Below, in pieces: positions 1 through 7,830 of a stretch of DNA of 49,036 nt; within the stretch, counting starts at the first letter, position 1, and each line of letters opens with the position of its first letter. Source of the DNA: Candidatus Saccharimonadota bacterium (GTDB taxonomy: Bacteria > Patescibacteriota > Saccharimonadia > Saccharimonadales > OFTM59); the NCBI GenBank assembly GCA_029260875.1, contig JAJDCL010000001.1:1-49036 (forward strand), read 5' to 3'. Both the position numbers and the translations under genes were made by a program. Below the pieces are notes generated by a model that worked only from the letters and a program-made list of their open reading frames with translations, did no database searches and was not told where the DNA came from.

Positions 1-2
1 CC

Positions 3-131
3 GAGGATTGTTTGGATTACAACTTCTACCGGCCACACAGTAGCCTAAACATGATGACCCCGATTGAATACTTACAAAGCCTAACCGGCTTTGAGCATGC
101 TACAGTAAATACAAGTGTCCTATATGTTTAG
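3..131 (+). mobile_element. 3' end of an IS3/IS481-family transposase (integrase core), truncated by the window edge
   Basis: Frame 3 reads EDCLDYNFYRPHSSLNMMTPIEYLQSL...* (TAG 129-131). YNxxRPHSSLxxxTPxE is the typical C-terminal motif of the rve integrase core. Confidence 0.75.
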
Positions 132-178
132 TGGGTCGACCTCCGTAATCTTTCACACCTTTGCAACATAGTGGCAAG

Positions 179-220
179 GTTCTAGAGGGGGTTCTAGAGG
201 TTCTAGAGGACTGTCCTCTA
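179..220. repeat. Three GTTCTAGAGG repeats ending in a 17-bp palindrome
   Basis: GTTCTAGAGG at 179, 191 and 200; TAGAGGAC-T-GTCCTCTA at 204-220. Confidence 0.8.
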
Positions 221-255
221 ACAGATGGCTGAAACGTGTATTATGGAAATTAGCT

Positions 256-271
256 GCGGGGGCAGGACTCG
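256..271 (-). repeat. 16-bp direct duplicate of the tRNA-fMet 3' end (att-like)
   Basis: GCGGGGGCAGGACTCG at 256-271 is identical to 444-459 (T-loop to acceptor stem). Confidence 0.75.
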
Positions 272-400
272 GTCACGTGCCGCGACCCCGAAACTTGCGC
301 GTATGAAAACAAGTTTTCATTGGAAGGTTTCCTTGCGAACTGCCACTGGCAGTTCTCACCTCCGACCTCGCGAGGTCGCAGAACCGAATCAGTCTCCGAC

Positions 401-440
401 CAAGAAAAATACCCGTCCGGAAGGACGGGCACTTTTCTTG
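401..440 (-). terminator. Intrinsic terminator of tRNA-fMet
   Basis: CAAGAAAA-ATA-CCCGTCC-GGAA-GGACGGG-CAC-TTTTCTTG hairpin directly after the CCA. Confidence 0.75.
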
Positions 441-513
441 GTAGCGGGGGCAGGACTCGAACCTGCGACCTCGTGGTTATGAGCCACGCGAGCTGCCGCT
501 GCTCTACCCCGCG
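439..513 (-). tRNA. tRNA-fMet (initiator, CAT)
   Basis: Reverse complement CGCGGGGTAGAGCAGCGGCAGCTCGCGTGG-CTCATAA-CCACGAGGTCGCAGGTTCGAGTCCTGCCCCCGCTACCA folds as a cloverleaf; C1:U72 mismatch; encoded CCA. Confidence 0.95.
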
Positions 514-520
514 TCGGTGG

Positions 521-600
521 TAATGGAGACAAGCCTACGGTTTTTCTCATCACTCCGGCAAAATGGAATACATTTTGTCGGGCTGCTCTTTTCCCTTAGG
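521..600 (+). repeat. Dispersed two-hairpin element, copy A
   Basis: ATG(G)AG[hairpin]CTCATC-N3-CCGG[hairpin, GAAT loop]TCGG-GCTGCTC, matching the copies at 7.9, 29.4 and 39.1 kb. Confidence 0.65.
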
Positions 601-648
601 AAAATTAGCTAAGAGAAATGAGAATGTACTCAAATCTATAACCTGAAC

Positions 649-677
649 ATGTTACCAAACAGAGGTGCGGTTGTCAA
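649..677 (-). promoter_or_regulatory. Sigma70 promoter for tRNA-fMet
   Basis: Minus strand TTGACA-17 nt-TAACAT with extended TG. Confidence 0.65.
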
Positions 678-685
678 TCTTTGTA

Positions 686-2059
686 CTAGAGACCGTATTT
701 GTTAGCTAGGCTTACTAGCTCGGTTTGGGTTGGCCATGGGTTGAAGCTACAGCCCTGCAGGCTAATTGATTGTTGCTGCATCACCGGCGCGGGCGTGCCA
801 GCACCGGGGCAGTTACTATGGCCAAACCCTAGCCAGTGCCCAACCTCGTGATTAATAACCATACTTCGGTAGTCACTTAGGCTGCCACCGGCGGCATTCC
901 ATGGGTCAGTCGCGCCTACCCACCTGTCGTAATTAATAATGACATTATTGCCGACTCTACAACTGTAATAGTTATCGCAAACCGTCGGCGAAAACGCCGC
1001 TACATCATTAGGCGCGCTTAACCACGCTATAAACTGGCAGCCAGAATCTACAGCCGCAAACCTGACCTTGCCTCCTAGGCTCCAGCCCCTGCTATCTGCC
1101 AATACCTGAGCCACTTTGGATTTAAAACCTGCTAGCTCGCCAGTGTTTACATTCTTTAGCTGCACACAATACGTAATAGTTTTTAGGGCCGTCGGCAGCG
1201 CATCGGTCACAGTAACCGTGCTGTCCTTGTTTGCGCCTAGGTCCTTAGCAATTTGTGTAGCAGCCGCGTTGATATTGGACCATTTGGCACTTTTTACGAA
1301 CTGCACTTGCCTAAGGGTAATTAAAATTTTTGCTGCATCAAAGCTAAATGCCAGACCATCAAAAGCCACCCAAGAAACTTTGTCGGCCTTCGTAGCTACA
1401 TAATTACCTTTGCTGGACTTGATGGTAACGGCTTTTTCAAGCTTGGCATTGACGGATTCTGCGGTAGCATTTAGGTCGGGGTTAGCCTGGGGTTCAATTG
1501 GCTTTACGGGCACATCAACCAGCTCTCCAGACACACTAGCTGATTTTATTTTTGACAATAGCTCGTCCGTGTCTACTACGCGACCTGGGGCCCCTTGCTT
1601 GACCTGTGCCACCCCATCTTCAAAACTCAGCGCAGGGTCGGTCGGGGCAAGACTGATTTCAAAAAGCTTATCAAGTTCCTCCTTGAGCACATCATGGTCT
1701 GCGTCCAGCTCTAGCGCATACGTGTGTTTGCCCAAAAATAAAGCTATGGACCGTATGTATTCATGTGAGCCAGCGATTTCATCTGCTATAGCCTTAGAGT
1801 TTGTAGAAATTTTCAGAGATTTTAGGTTAGTTTTTTGGGATTGGTCATTGTATCGTAGCTCGATTGTTTTAGAGTCAATTCCATATATATGATCTATGCT
1901 GCCATTTACAGCTATGCCATTGACACTCGTGTTTGGAAGGACCTTGCCCTTATTAACCACATACGCAAAGTGGTTTAAAAGCAAAAGCAGCCCAATCACA
2001 AACCCCGCAACGACAGATACTAGCCTTTTCTTATTTAGTTTTCTTATTTGTTGAATCAC
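686..2059 (-). CDS. Membrane-anchored DUF3152-type zinc metallopeptidase with N-terminal VanW/PG-binding-4-like region
   Basis: N-terminal TM; C-terminal INHEVGHWLGFGH (HExxHxxGxxH) followed by CPGAGTPAPVMQQQ, typical of DUF3152. Confidence 0.8.
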   Translation of the reverse strand: MIQQIRKLNKKRLVSVVAGFVIGLLLLLNHFAYVVNKGKVLPNTSVNGIAVNGSIDHIYGIDSKTIELRYNDQSQKTNLKSLKISTNSKAIADEIAGSHEYIRSIALFLGKHTYALELDADHDVLKEELDKLFEISLAPTDPALSFEDGVAQVKQGAPGRVVDTDELLSKIKSASVSGELVDVPVKPIEPQANPDLNATAESVNAKLEKAVTIKSSKGNYVATKADKVSWVAFDGLAFSFDAAKILITLRQVQFVKSAKWSNINAAATQIAKDLGANKDSTVTVTDALPTALKTITYCVQLKNVNTGELAGFKSKVAQVLADSRGWSLGGKVRFAAVDSGCQFIAWLSAPNDVAAFSPTVCDNYYSCRVGNNVIINYDRWVGATDPWNAAGGSLSDYRSMVINHEVGHWLGFGHSNCPGAGTPAPVMQQQSISLQGCSFNPWPTQTELVSLANKYGL

Positions 2060-2118
2060 TTTAGTTATTTATATCATAACCCCAGACAGACTGTAACGGC
2101 ACTATCTCTATAATGCTA

Positions 2119-2146
2119 TTGACTTTTAAGCAATTATATGTATAAT
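2119..2146 (+). promoter_or_regulatory. Sigma70 promoter upstream of the 27-aa ORF
   Basis: TTGACT-16 nt-TATAAT. Confidence 0.6.
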
Positions 2147-2202
2147 CAATGTTGTTGATGCATTAACAGAAAAACTTTAAAACAAAAAATGAAAGGATAT
2201 CT

Positions 2203-2286
2203 ATGCCACTCAACCTGGCTTACGAGTTTGCTCCAACTGAAAATACGAGCATACTAGAAGTTGATAACATAATAAGTCAACTATAA
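2203..2286 (+). CDS. Small protein, 27 aa (MPLNLAYEFAPTENTSILEVDNIISQL)
   Basis: RBS GAAAGGA at 2191, ATG 2203, TAA 2284-2286; promoter upstream and terminator downstream. Confidence 0.6.
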   Translation: MPLNLAYEFAPTENTSILEVDNIISQL

Positions 2287-2293
2287 AACACTC

Positions 2294-2316
2294 AAGCCCG
2301 GGGCAACCCGGGTTTT
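2294..2316 (+). terminator. Intrinsic terminator
   Basis: AAGCCCGGG-GCAA-CCCGGGTTTT. Confidence 0.8.
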
Positions 2317-2527
2317 AGTTATGCTAAATCATAATATTATCAAGCTACTATGAACTTCCTTCATGTTAACAGGTGTGGTATATTGACCTCTGTTGCGTTT
2401 GCAGCTGTAGCAATTGGCTAAACGAAGGTTTTGTCTGTTTAGACAATTGCAACGAGTGTGTCGCTGAAGGGTGGTGTAAAACCTGCTCAAACCAGGTTTT
2501 ATGCAAGGCACTCTCCGGTTCCGCCAA

Positions 2528-2604
2528 GGCAGGGTAGCTCAGATGGTTAGAGCGCAGGACTCATAAGCCTGAGGTCGCGAGTTCAATTCTCGCCCCTGCT
2601 ACCA
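2528..2604 (+). tRNA. tRNA-Met (elongator, CAT)
   Basis: GGCAGGGTAGCTCAGATGGTTAGAGCGCAGGA-CTCATAA-GCCTGAGGTCGCGAGTTCAATTCTCGCCCCTGCTACCA cloverleaf. Met versus Ile2 assignment is inferred from the acceptor stem. Confidence 0.92.
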
Positions 2605-2776
2605 AGTAAAAGTTTTATCTTCCGGAGTAGTCACTATAAGTAGGCTCTCGCATACCGGTGGCATCTAGCGCGACACTCACCGCCACAACCCTTGTTTCTT
2701 GATTACAATTTATGAGAATTCTTATAGCTACAATTCAAATGTAGGCCTAGACTTAGTTACGTTAAGGAGGGCAGCT

Positions 2777-2857
2777 GTGAGTAAATCAAGACGTGAAAGC
2801 ACTCGTGGCCAACACAATCGTAAGCGCGAGCCCTGGCAGCAGTTTATTATTTACTAG
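2777..2857 (+). CDS. Small basic protein, 26 aa (MSKSRRESTRGQHNRKREPWQQFIIY)
   Basis: Perfect RBS TAAGGAGG 6 nt before GTG 2777; TAG 2855-2857; terminator follows. Confidence 0.6.
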   Translation: MSKSRRESTRGQHNRKREPWQQFIIY

Positions 2858-2870
2858 ATTTGTCGGGTTG

Positions 2871-2904
2871 GGCCTGTAATTATTTTATAAGTTACAGGCC
2901 TTTT
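2871..2904 (+). terminator. Intrinsic terminator (may also serve the convergent gene)
   Basis: GGCCTGTAAT-TATTTTATAA-GTTACAGGCC-TTTT. Confidence 0.7.
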
Positions 2905-2947
2905 AAATTGCCAATATTAGTTGACATCTTAAACATAGAGGCCAAGC

Positions 2948-4462
2948 TTAACCTTCTGCACCTTCAGGGCTTATGCAAAGATATTGATAATTGGGCTCAA
3001 AGTGGTGACAAGCGCGCATATGCTGTGACGCGTCGCTGAATATGTCCTTCATTCTATAAGCCAAGTCTCTATAGCAAGGTTCTTTGTTCGCTTCGCGGAC
3101 CAATACACACAGTTCGGCTGCTTCGTTTTTCAGATTCTCCCCCCAGAAATCTATGATAACGTTCAGCCCCCCGCTGATGCACTGGTCGTAATAATTCTGG
3201 GTCATCGGTACGTCCTTGCAGCCACGCGCAATCGCCACGACGTCACGCAGATATATGCTCGCCAGGTCCCGACCCCAACTTCTAAAACAAACCGGAACGT
3301 GTTCGGCCGGAGCCTTTAGGCATTGCTCGATTATTTTTGCACCATTATCGTTATACAGCGTGCGCATCCAGCTGGTCTGCATTTGGTAGCATTCATACTG
3401 CGTAAAAGCATCCTGCGAAATCTTATTGCATGGGTAGTGCGGGTCTTCGCTAATCCACTCTGTCTTGTGCCCCGGTATTGCTCCTAGCCCCTGCGCTACC
3501 ATGATGTTCTCCATGAACACACCTCCATAACATCCGCTGCGGCCGTATAGTTCTTCTATCTGGTTACACAGTTCAAGTCCGGCAGGTAAGTCATAGCTCT
3601 CGTAGGCTAATACGCCGTGACCGACACCGTGATAGCATTGGAAATTTCCGAAGTCAGTATCAAAAGAGCTGCATAATTCTGAAATGTCAGATGCTAAATT
3701 TGCTACTCCGTTTAATTTTATAAAGCCTTCCATAGCGCCATGATATAAGCCCGAATGACAGTTTGGGCTGCCGTCTTTAAACACCTCGGCATTATAAAGC
3801 TCAAAACCGAGCCTCCCTACTGTGTGTGCTGGCTGGTGGCAGTCATATATAGCCCCATCCCCTGAGTCTACGAGTAGATCATCCATAATAGCCTTAGGCC
3901 CAAAAACCGCCAGTTTATAGCGTAGTTCCTTTTCGCCTTTTGGATTATCGCGGTTGGTGAGTTCAATAACACTCATTTCATCCATAACCCGCTCAGCCTC
4001 ACCAGAAAATATGCTGAAATATAACTTTGCTATCTTGATTTTTATGCGGGTAAAGAAGCCGAATTCGTGCGCTTTTTCTACCTGCTCCACTGCATGGTCA
4101 TCTTTATTGACCTTAATATCACCGATGAATTCTGGCTTGATATGGTCGTGGAATTTCCACTGGCCGCTTTTAGTAAATCTAAAGCTCCAACTCTGACCAG
4201 GGTCTATCGGCCCCCTAGGGTCAAAATCAGAATAAATCTCGTGAGTTGGGTGGATGTTAGAGGCAGGCCAGCGTGGCCCAGTATCATCGTTGCGGAATGT
4301 TATGCTGTCGCCCTGGGTAATTTCTATAACGCTTGGCTCAAAACCGCCAGGCACCATATTAATTGTGTGCTGCTGCTCTTCATGCGCAGCAACCGGAAAG
4401 AACTGAATCAGCGAAAGCACCAACAAAAATGGTAATAAAAACAGTAGGGTTTTAGTCTTCAT
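2948..4462 (-). CDS. Secreted cupredoxin-domain protein fused to a Cys/His-rich repeat domain
   Basis: Signal peptide; plastocyanin-like FEPSVIEITQGDSITFRN...HPTH...FHDH; then CHQPAH, CHSGLYHG, CYHGVGHG, CYGGVFMEN motifs. Confidence 0.75.
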   Translation of the reverse strand: MKTKTLLFLLPFLLVLSLIQFFPVAAHEEQQHTINMVPGGFEPSVIEITQGDSITFRNDDTGPRWPASNIHPTHEIYSDFDPRGPIDPGQSWSFRFTKSGQWKFHDHIKPEFIGDIKVNKDDHAVEQVEKAHEFGFFTRIKIKIAKLYFSIFSGEAERVMDEMSVIELTNRDNPKGEKELRYKLAVFGPKAIMDDLLVDSGDGAIYDCHQPAHTVGRLGFELYNAEVFKDGSPNCHSGLYHGAMEGFIKLNGVANLASDISELCSSFDTDFGNFQCYHGVGHGVLAYESYDLPAGLELCNQIEELYGRSGCYGGVFMENIMVAQGLGAIPGHKTEWISEDPHYPCNKISQDAFTQYECYQMQTSWMRTLYNDNGAKIIEQCLKAPAEHVPVCFRSWGRDLASIYLRDVVAIARGCKDVPMTQNYYDQCISGGLNVIIDFWGENLKNEAAELCVLVREANKEPCYRDLAYRMKDIFSDASQHMRACHHFEPNYQYLCISPEGAEG

Positions 4463-4485
4463 TTTAGCCGTATTATAGCATTCAG

Positions 4486-4908
4486 CTAGAGCTTGGCCTT
4501 TAGTGCCGCAGGGCTAAGTGGCAGATCAATCACATCAACCACGCCAGCTTTTAGCGTTGCCGCATTAAAATATGCCAGCTCATGCCCCGGTGAATGAGCC
4601 AGAACAACTTGCTTGTTTAGTGCTACTGCAGCACCTACTTCTGTCTGTACGCCAACCGACGGTTTGTCGCTTAGAAGCGCGATCAGTGCATCACTTTCCT
4701 TGATACGCTGCAAGTCTAGTCTAAACGCGGCGGCCGGATCAGTGTTGTTTATCTTGTACTGGTCTTCTCTAAGCGCGCAAAAAACCGTATGGCCTAGCGA
4801 TTCGATGGTGGCCAGTGTAGCCTCCAGCCAAGTTTTGTAATCCGTAAAGACCTCTCCTGTGTCGTAGTTAACCTGTGTAGAATAAGATGCGGCAACAAAT
4901 ATCTTCAT
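4486..4908 (-). CDS. Nucleoside 2-deoxyribosyltransferase-family protein
   Basis: KIFVAAS...FRLDLQRIKESDALIA...SVGVQTEVGAAVALNKQV motif pattern. Confidence 0.8.
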   Translation of the reverse strand: MKIFVAASYSTQVNYDTGEVFTDYKTWLEATLATIESLGHTVFCALREDQYKINNTDPAAAFRLDLQRIKESDALIALLSDKPSVGVQTEVGAAVALNKQVVLAHSPGHELAYFNAATLKAGVVDVIDLPLSPAALKAKL

Positions 4909-4947
4909 TGTTTTAAGTTTAACAGACGTGTTTGTTATGATTATGTA

Positions 4948-5523
4948 ATGAAACAGCTCGTACTTGCTTCCAGTTCTGCGCCACGAAAGGCTCTGCTCGA
5001 CAAACTGCAGATCCCTTACGTGATAGACCCTAGTAATTACGAAGAGGACATGACTCTTGATTTGCCGCCAAAAGAATTGGCGATAGAATTATCCCGCGGC
5101 AAAGCGCGCGATGTAGCCCAGAGGCACAAAAATGCAGTCATACTTGGCGCTGATAGTTTCGCGGTATGTGATGGCCAGCTGCTCGGAAAGCCGCATACCT
5201 TAAAGCGTGCCAAGGAGATGCTTCGCCTGTTGAGCGACCGCAGCCACACCTTTATCACTGGTTATACAATTATAGATACCGATAGAGGACAAGAATTTTC
5301 GGAAGCAATTGAAACCATGGTGTACTTCCGTGAGATCAGCGACAATGAGATAGACCAATACCTAGAAAAGGAAGATGTGCTAAAAAATGCTGGCGCATAT
5401 CGTTTGCAAGATGTCGGTGCAATCTTTGCAGTCAGAGTGGAGGGAGAGGTTAATAATATTATCGGGTTACCGCTCGCTCAAGTCAGCGAACAGCTAAAAA
5501 CTTTTGGTATATCGCTACTTTAA
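4948..5523 (+). CDS. maf: Maf-family nucleoside triphosphate pyrophosphatase
   Basis: LVLASSSAPRK, ILGADS, LLGKP, AGAYRLQ, NIIGLP. Confidence 0.92.
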   Translation: MKQLVLASSSAPRKALLDKLQIPYVIDPSNYEEDMTLDLPPKELAIELSRGKARDVAQRHKNAVILGADSFAVCDGQLLGKPHTLKRAKEMLRLLSDRSHTFITGYTIIDTDRGQEFSEAIETMVYFREISDNEIDQYLEKEDVLKNAGAYRLQDVGAIFAVRVEGEVNNIIGLPLAQVSEQLKTFGISLL

Positions 5524-5951
5524 TTAGATTAGCCCGTCAAGATTATTGTGTAATACGATTGGCTGGAGAGCTTTAATTTCTTCGGCAAAAGTCGAATCTT
5601 CGGGGATCTCATTGAGTATAAAAATCTTCTTATTCAGATAAAATGCTACGCCCATTTCCATTAGCACAGCGCCGCCTATGTAATTTTGCTTACTGTTTTT
5701 TCATAATTTAAAACTAAAATCGCGTCACCTTCGGCAACCTTTTTGAAGTGACCGCGGGTAAGCTCAGTCTTTTTACTGTAATCACCGTTTTTAAACCATG
5801 GTTTGTAGCGGCTGACTCCATAGTCCCCGTTCTGCTTCATGATTTCAGCAGTCACCGGCAAAGTAACTTTAAGCCCGGCTTTTTCAAGCTCAGCCTGTAC
5901 CTCTACCGCCTGCTTATAAAAGTTGGCGCTCGAACAAATAGTCATAGTCAT
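5524..5951 (-). pseudogene. Nucleoside 2-deoxyribosyltransferase-like protein, frameshifted
   Basis: ORF 5676-5951 ends ...ILVLNYEK; the -1 frame at the A6 run (5696-5701) continues NSKQNYIGGAVLMEMGVAFYLNKKIFILNEIPEDSTFAEEIKALQPIVLHNNLDGLI* to 5524. Confidence 0.8.
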
Positions 5952-5972
5952 TGACTCAGGTATAGCACAACG

Positions 5973-6434
5973 CTAAGATCTGCGGAACAGAAACTGCATC
6001 CAGGCTTCAAAGTTTTGCTGATACTTAGGTTTCTGAGGCTTGGTTTTTTCATCTGTATTTTGGGCCTTGGGCAATTCTACACTGTTAGCCAAGGCCACAC
6101 TTTCTGGTACCAGAAGCAATTTTTCTCCTGGCGCAGCGAGCCCGAATTGACGGCGAGCAGTTAGTTCCAAGTACTGATCGGTCTCAAAATATTGATTACG
6201 AAGTCGCAGGGTGTCGTTTTCTAGGTTTTGCAGCTCCGTTTCCTGGCGCAAACGTGATATTTTCTTTTGCAGCTGATAATTATCCTGGATAACTCCTACA
6301 CCGCTCCACGTAACTAATAAAGCGACAACCACAAATACATGCACACCTAGTACGCGCACATCATGAAGCTCTTTGATGTAGGCGACTATTTTGGCAAAGC
6401 TTGTGCGCAAAAATTGCGGGCTAACTAGTTTCAT
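5973..6434 (-). CDS. Septum formation initiator (FtsB/DivIC-like); true start may be downstream
   Basis: Single TM, coiled coil, YLELTARRQFGLAAPGE motif. Confidence 0.8.
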   Translation of the reverse strand: MKLVSPQFLRTSFAKIVAYIKELHDVRVLGVHVFVVVALLVTWSGVGVIQDNYQLQKKISRLRQETELQNLENDTLRLRNQYFETDQYLELTARRQFGLAAPGEKLLLVPESVALANSVELPKAQNTDEKTKPQKPKYQQNFEAWMQFLFRRS

Positions 6435-6768
6435 CCGTTTTATTTGGGTTTTTTGGTTGATCTTTTTGTTTGGCAGACATCATAGTAAATGCTAAAACAA
6501 AACTAGCCACGAATCCGACCGAAAGCACAACGGTGCTTACGCCCGGGTTGTGCTCCATAAACACAATAGCAATCAGTATAAGTAGCGGCACAATGCCAAT
6601 AATACGGTTAAGCGGCTTAACACCTAGTTTTTCAAGCAAGGCATAGATACCAAACAGCACAAACGCAATAATAAGCAGGGCCGCCCAAACCGGCTGATGC
6701 GTAACGGCATCTAAAAGCCCGGTGCCTTGTGTTACTTCTTCTTCCGCATGCGCCAAATAAATATTCAT
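6421..6768 (-). CDS. Hypothetical membrane protein (3 TM)
   Basis: Hydrophobic ORF packed in operon-like spacing. Confidence 0.7.
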   Translation of the reverse strand: MNIYLAHAEEEVTQGTGLLDAVTHQPVWAALLIIAFVLFGIYALLEKLGVKPLNRIIGIVPLLILIAIVFMEHNPGVSTVVLSVGFVASFVLAFTMMSAKQKDQPKNPNKTDETS

Positions 6769-6772
6769 GTCA

Positions 6773-7813
6773 CTAGTATGTCACGAAAATCCTGTGATTT
6801 GAACTGTCCACCTTAGCCAACTGTCCACTAGGTAGAAGAAATTGTGGATCGGTATGGCCAAAGTCTAAATTTTGTATAATTGGAATTGTTGAGTTGTATT
6901 CTCGGACTGTACTTAATATGACTTCTTGCTGTTCTTTACGGTACTCTGCTTTCTCTTCAGCTGTATTCCTCTTATCAAATTCCCAAGCTTTTGCTCGGCC
7001 GACAAGTATGGCCTTGAATTTATCCAGCCAGCCCCGTTCACCCATACCGGTTAAGACGTATTGTACTAGCCACGGTTCCGGCAGATCTTCAGCAGTCTCT
7101 AAGTAAAGGATAGCTCCAGACAAATCTGCATCTTTTGGCAGATATTTGCCTACCGCAAACTGCGCGACCAGAGATTCCACACAACCACCCCACAAAATAC
7201 CTTCAGCGTCGGATGTACCATCCCAAAACCATGGCTGGTTTGGCTCCTGCTTACGTTGCCTTTCCAGATTTGTTTTATCACTCCAGTCAAGACCTTCATC
7301 GTTGTACATCTCTGAGTGTCGTAACTCTATTTCTCCTTTTTCAAATAAAGCCTTTTTCAGATACTCCACGGTAAAATCATCCATTGTCGACTGCATAGCG
7401 AACTGTGTCATAATTGCACCACCATAAAAAGCTGGTATACCCAAGTTCCATAAATAATTAATTATATGGGTAATATCGCTGTAGCCAAAAAATGGTTTTG
7501 GATTATCTATAAAAACTTTTGGATCTAAGTATTTCAAAAGCTTTATGGAACCTTCTCCGCCAATAGAACTGATAATTGCCTTATTTATGGGATCAGCAAA
7601 TGCATCCATAAGATCACGAGCACGATCCTCCAGGCTGCTATCCATCTGTCGCGTAGTAGGATACTCTTTCCATTTAAGCCCAAATACCGCTTCCAGCCTC
7701 TCAAGCCCAACATCCTGAACCCAGGGGAATAGCCCTGGCAACCCAGCCGACGGAGAAACCACAGCTACCTGATCTCCGACCGATGGTCTTTGAAGCTGAA
7801 CAAACTCTTTCAT
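6773..7813 (-). CDS. LD-carboxypeptidase / MccF family (peptidase S66)
   Basis: VSPSAG, FFGYSDIT, LWGGC, YLETAE, DFGHTDP. Confidence 0.92.
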   Translation of the reverse strand: MKEFVQLQRPSVGDQVAVVSPSAGLPGLFPWVQDVGLERLEAVFGLKWKEYPTTRQMDSSLEDRARDLMDAFADPINKAIISSIGGEGSIKLLKYLDPKVFIDNPKPFFGYSDITHIINYLWNLGIPAFYGGAIMTQFAMQSTMDDFTVEYLKKALFEKGEIELRHSEMYNDEGLDWSDKTNLERQRKQEPNQPWFWDGTSDAEGILWGGCVESLVAQFAVGKYLPKDADLSGAILYLETAEDLPEPWLVQYVLTGMGERGWLDKFKAILVGRAKAWEFDKRNTAEEKAEYRKEQQEVILSTVREYNSTIPIIQNLDFGHTDPQFLLPSGQLAKVDSSNHRIFVTY

Positions 7814-7830
7814 GCACCTATTCTATCAAC

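Noticed and set aside
225-523. ORFs 225-482, 250-432 and 320-523
   Set aside because: They overlap tRNA-fMet and its hairpin-rich trailer; LVAGAGLEPATSWL is simply the tRNA antisense translation.
2460-2526. tRNA-Sec or T-box candidate (GAAGGGTGG, TTCCGCCA end)
   Set aside because: No complementary 5' acceptor strand, no TTCRA T-loop, and no GGTGGNACCGCG T-box consensus.
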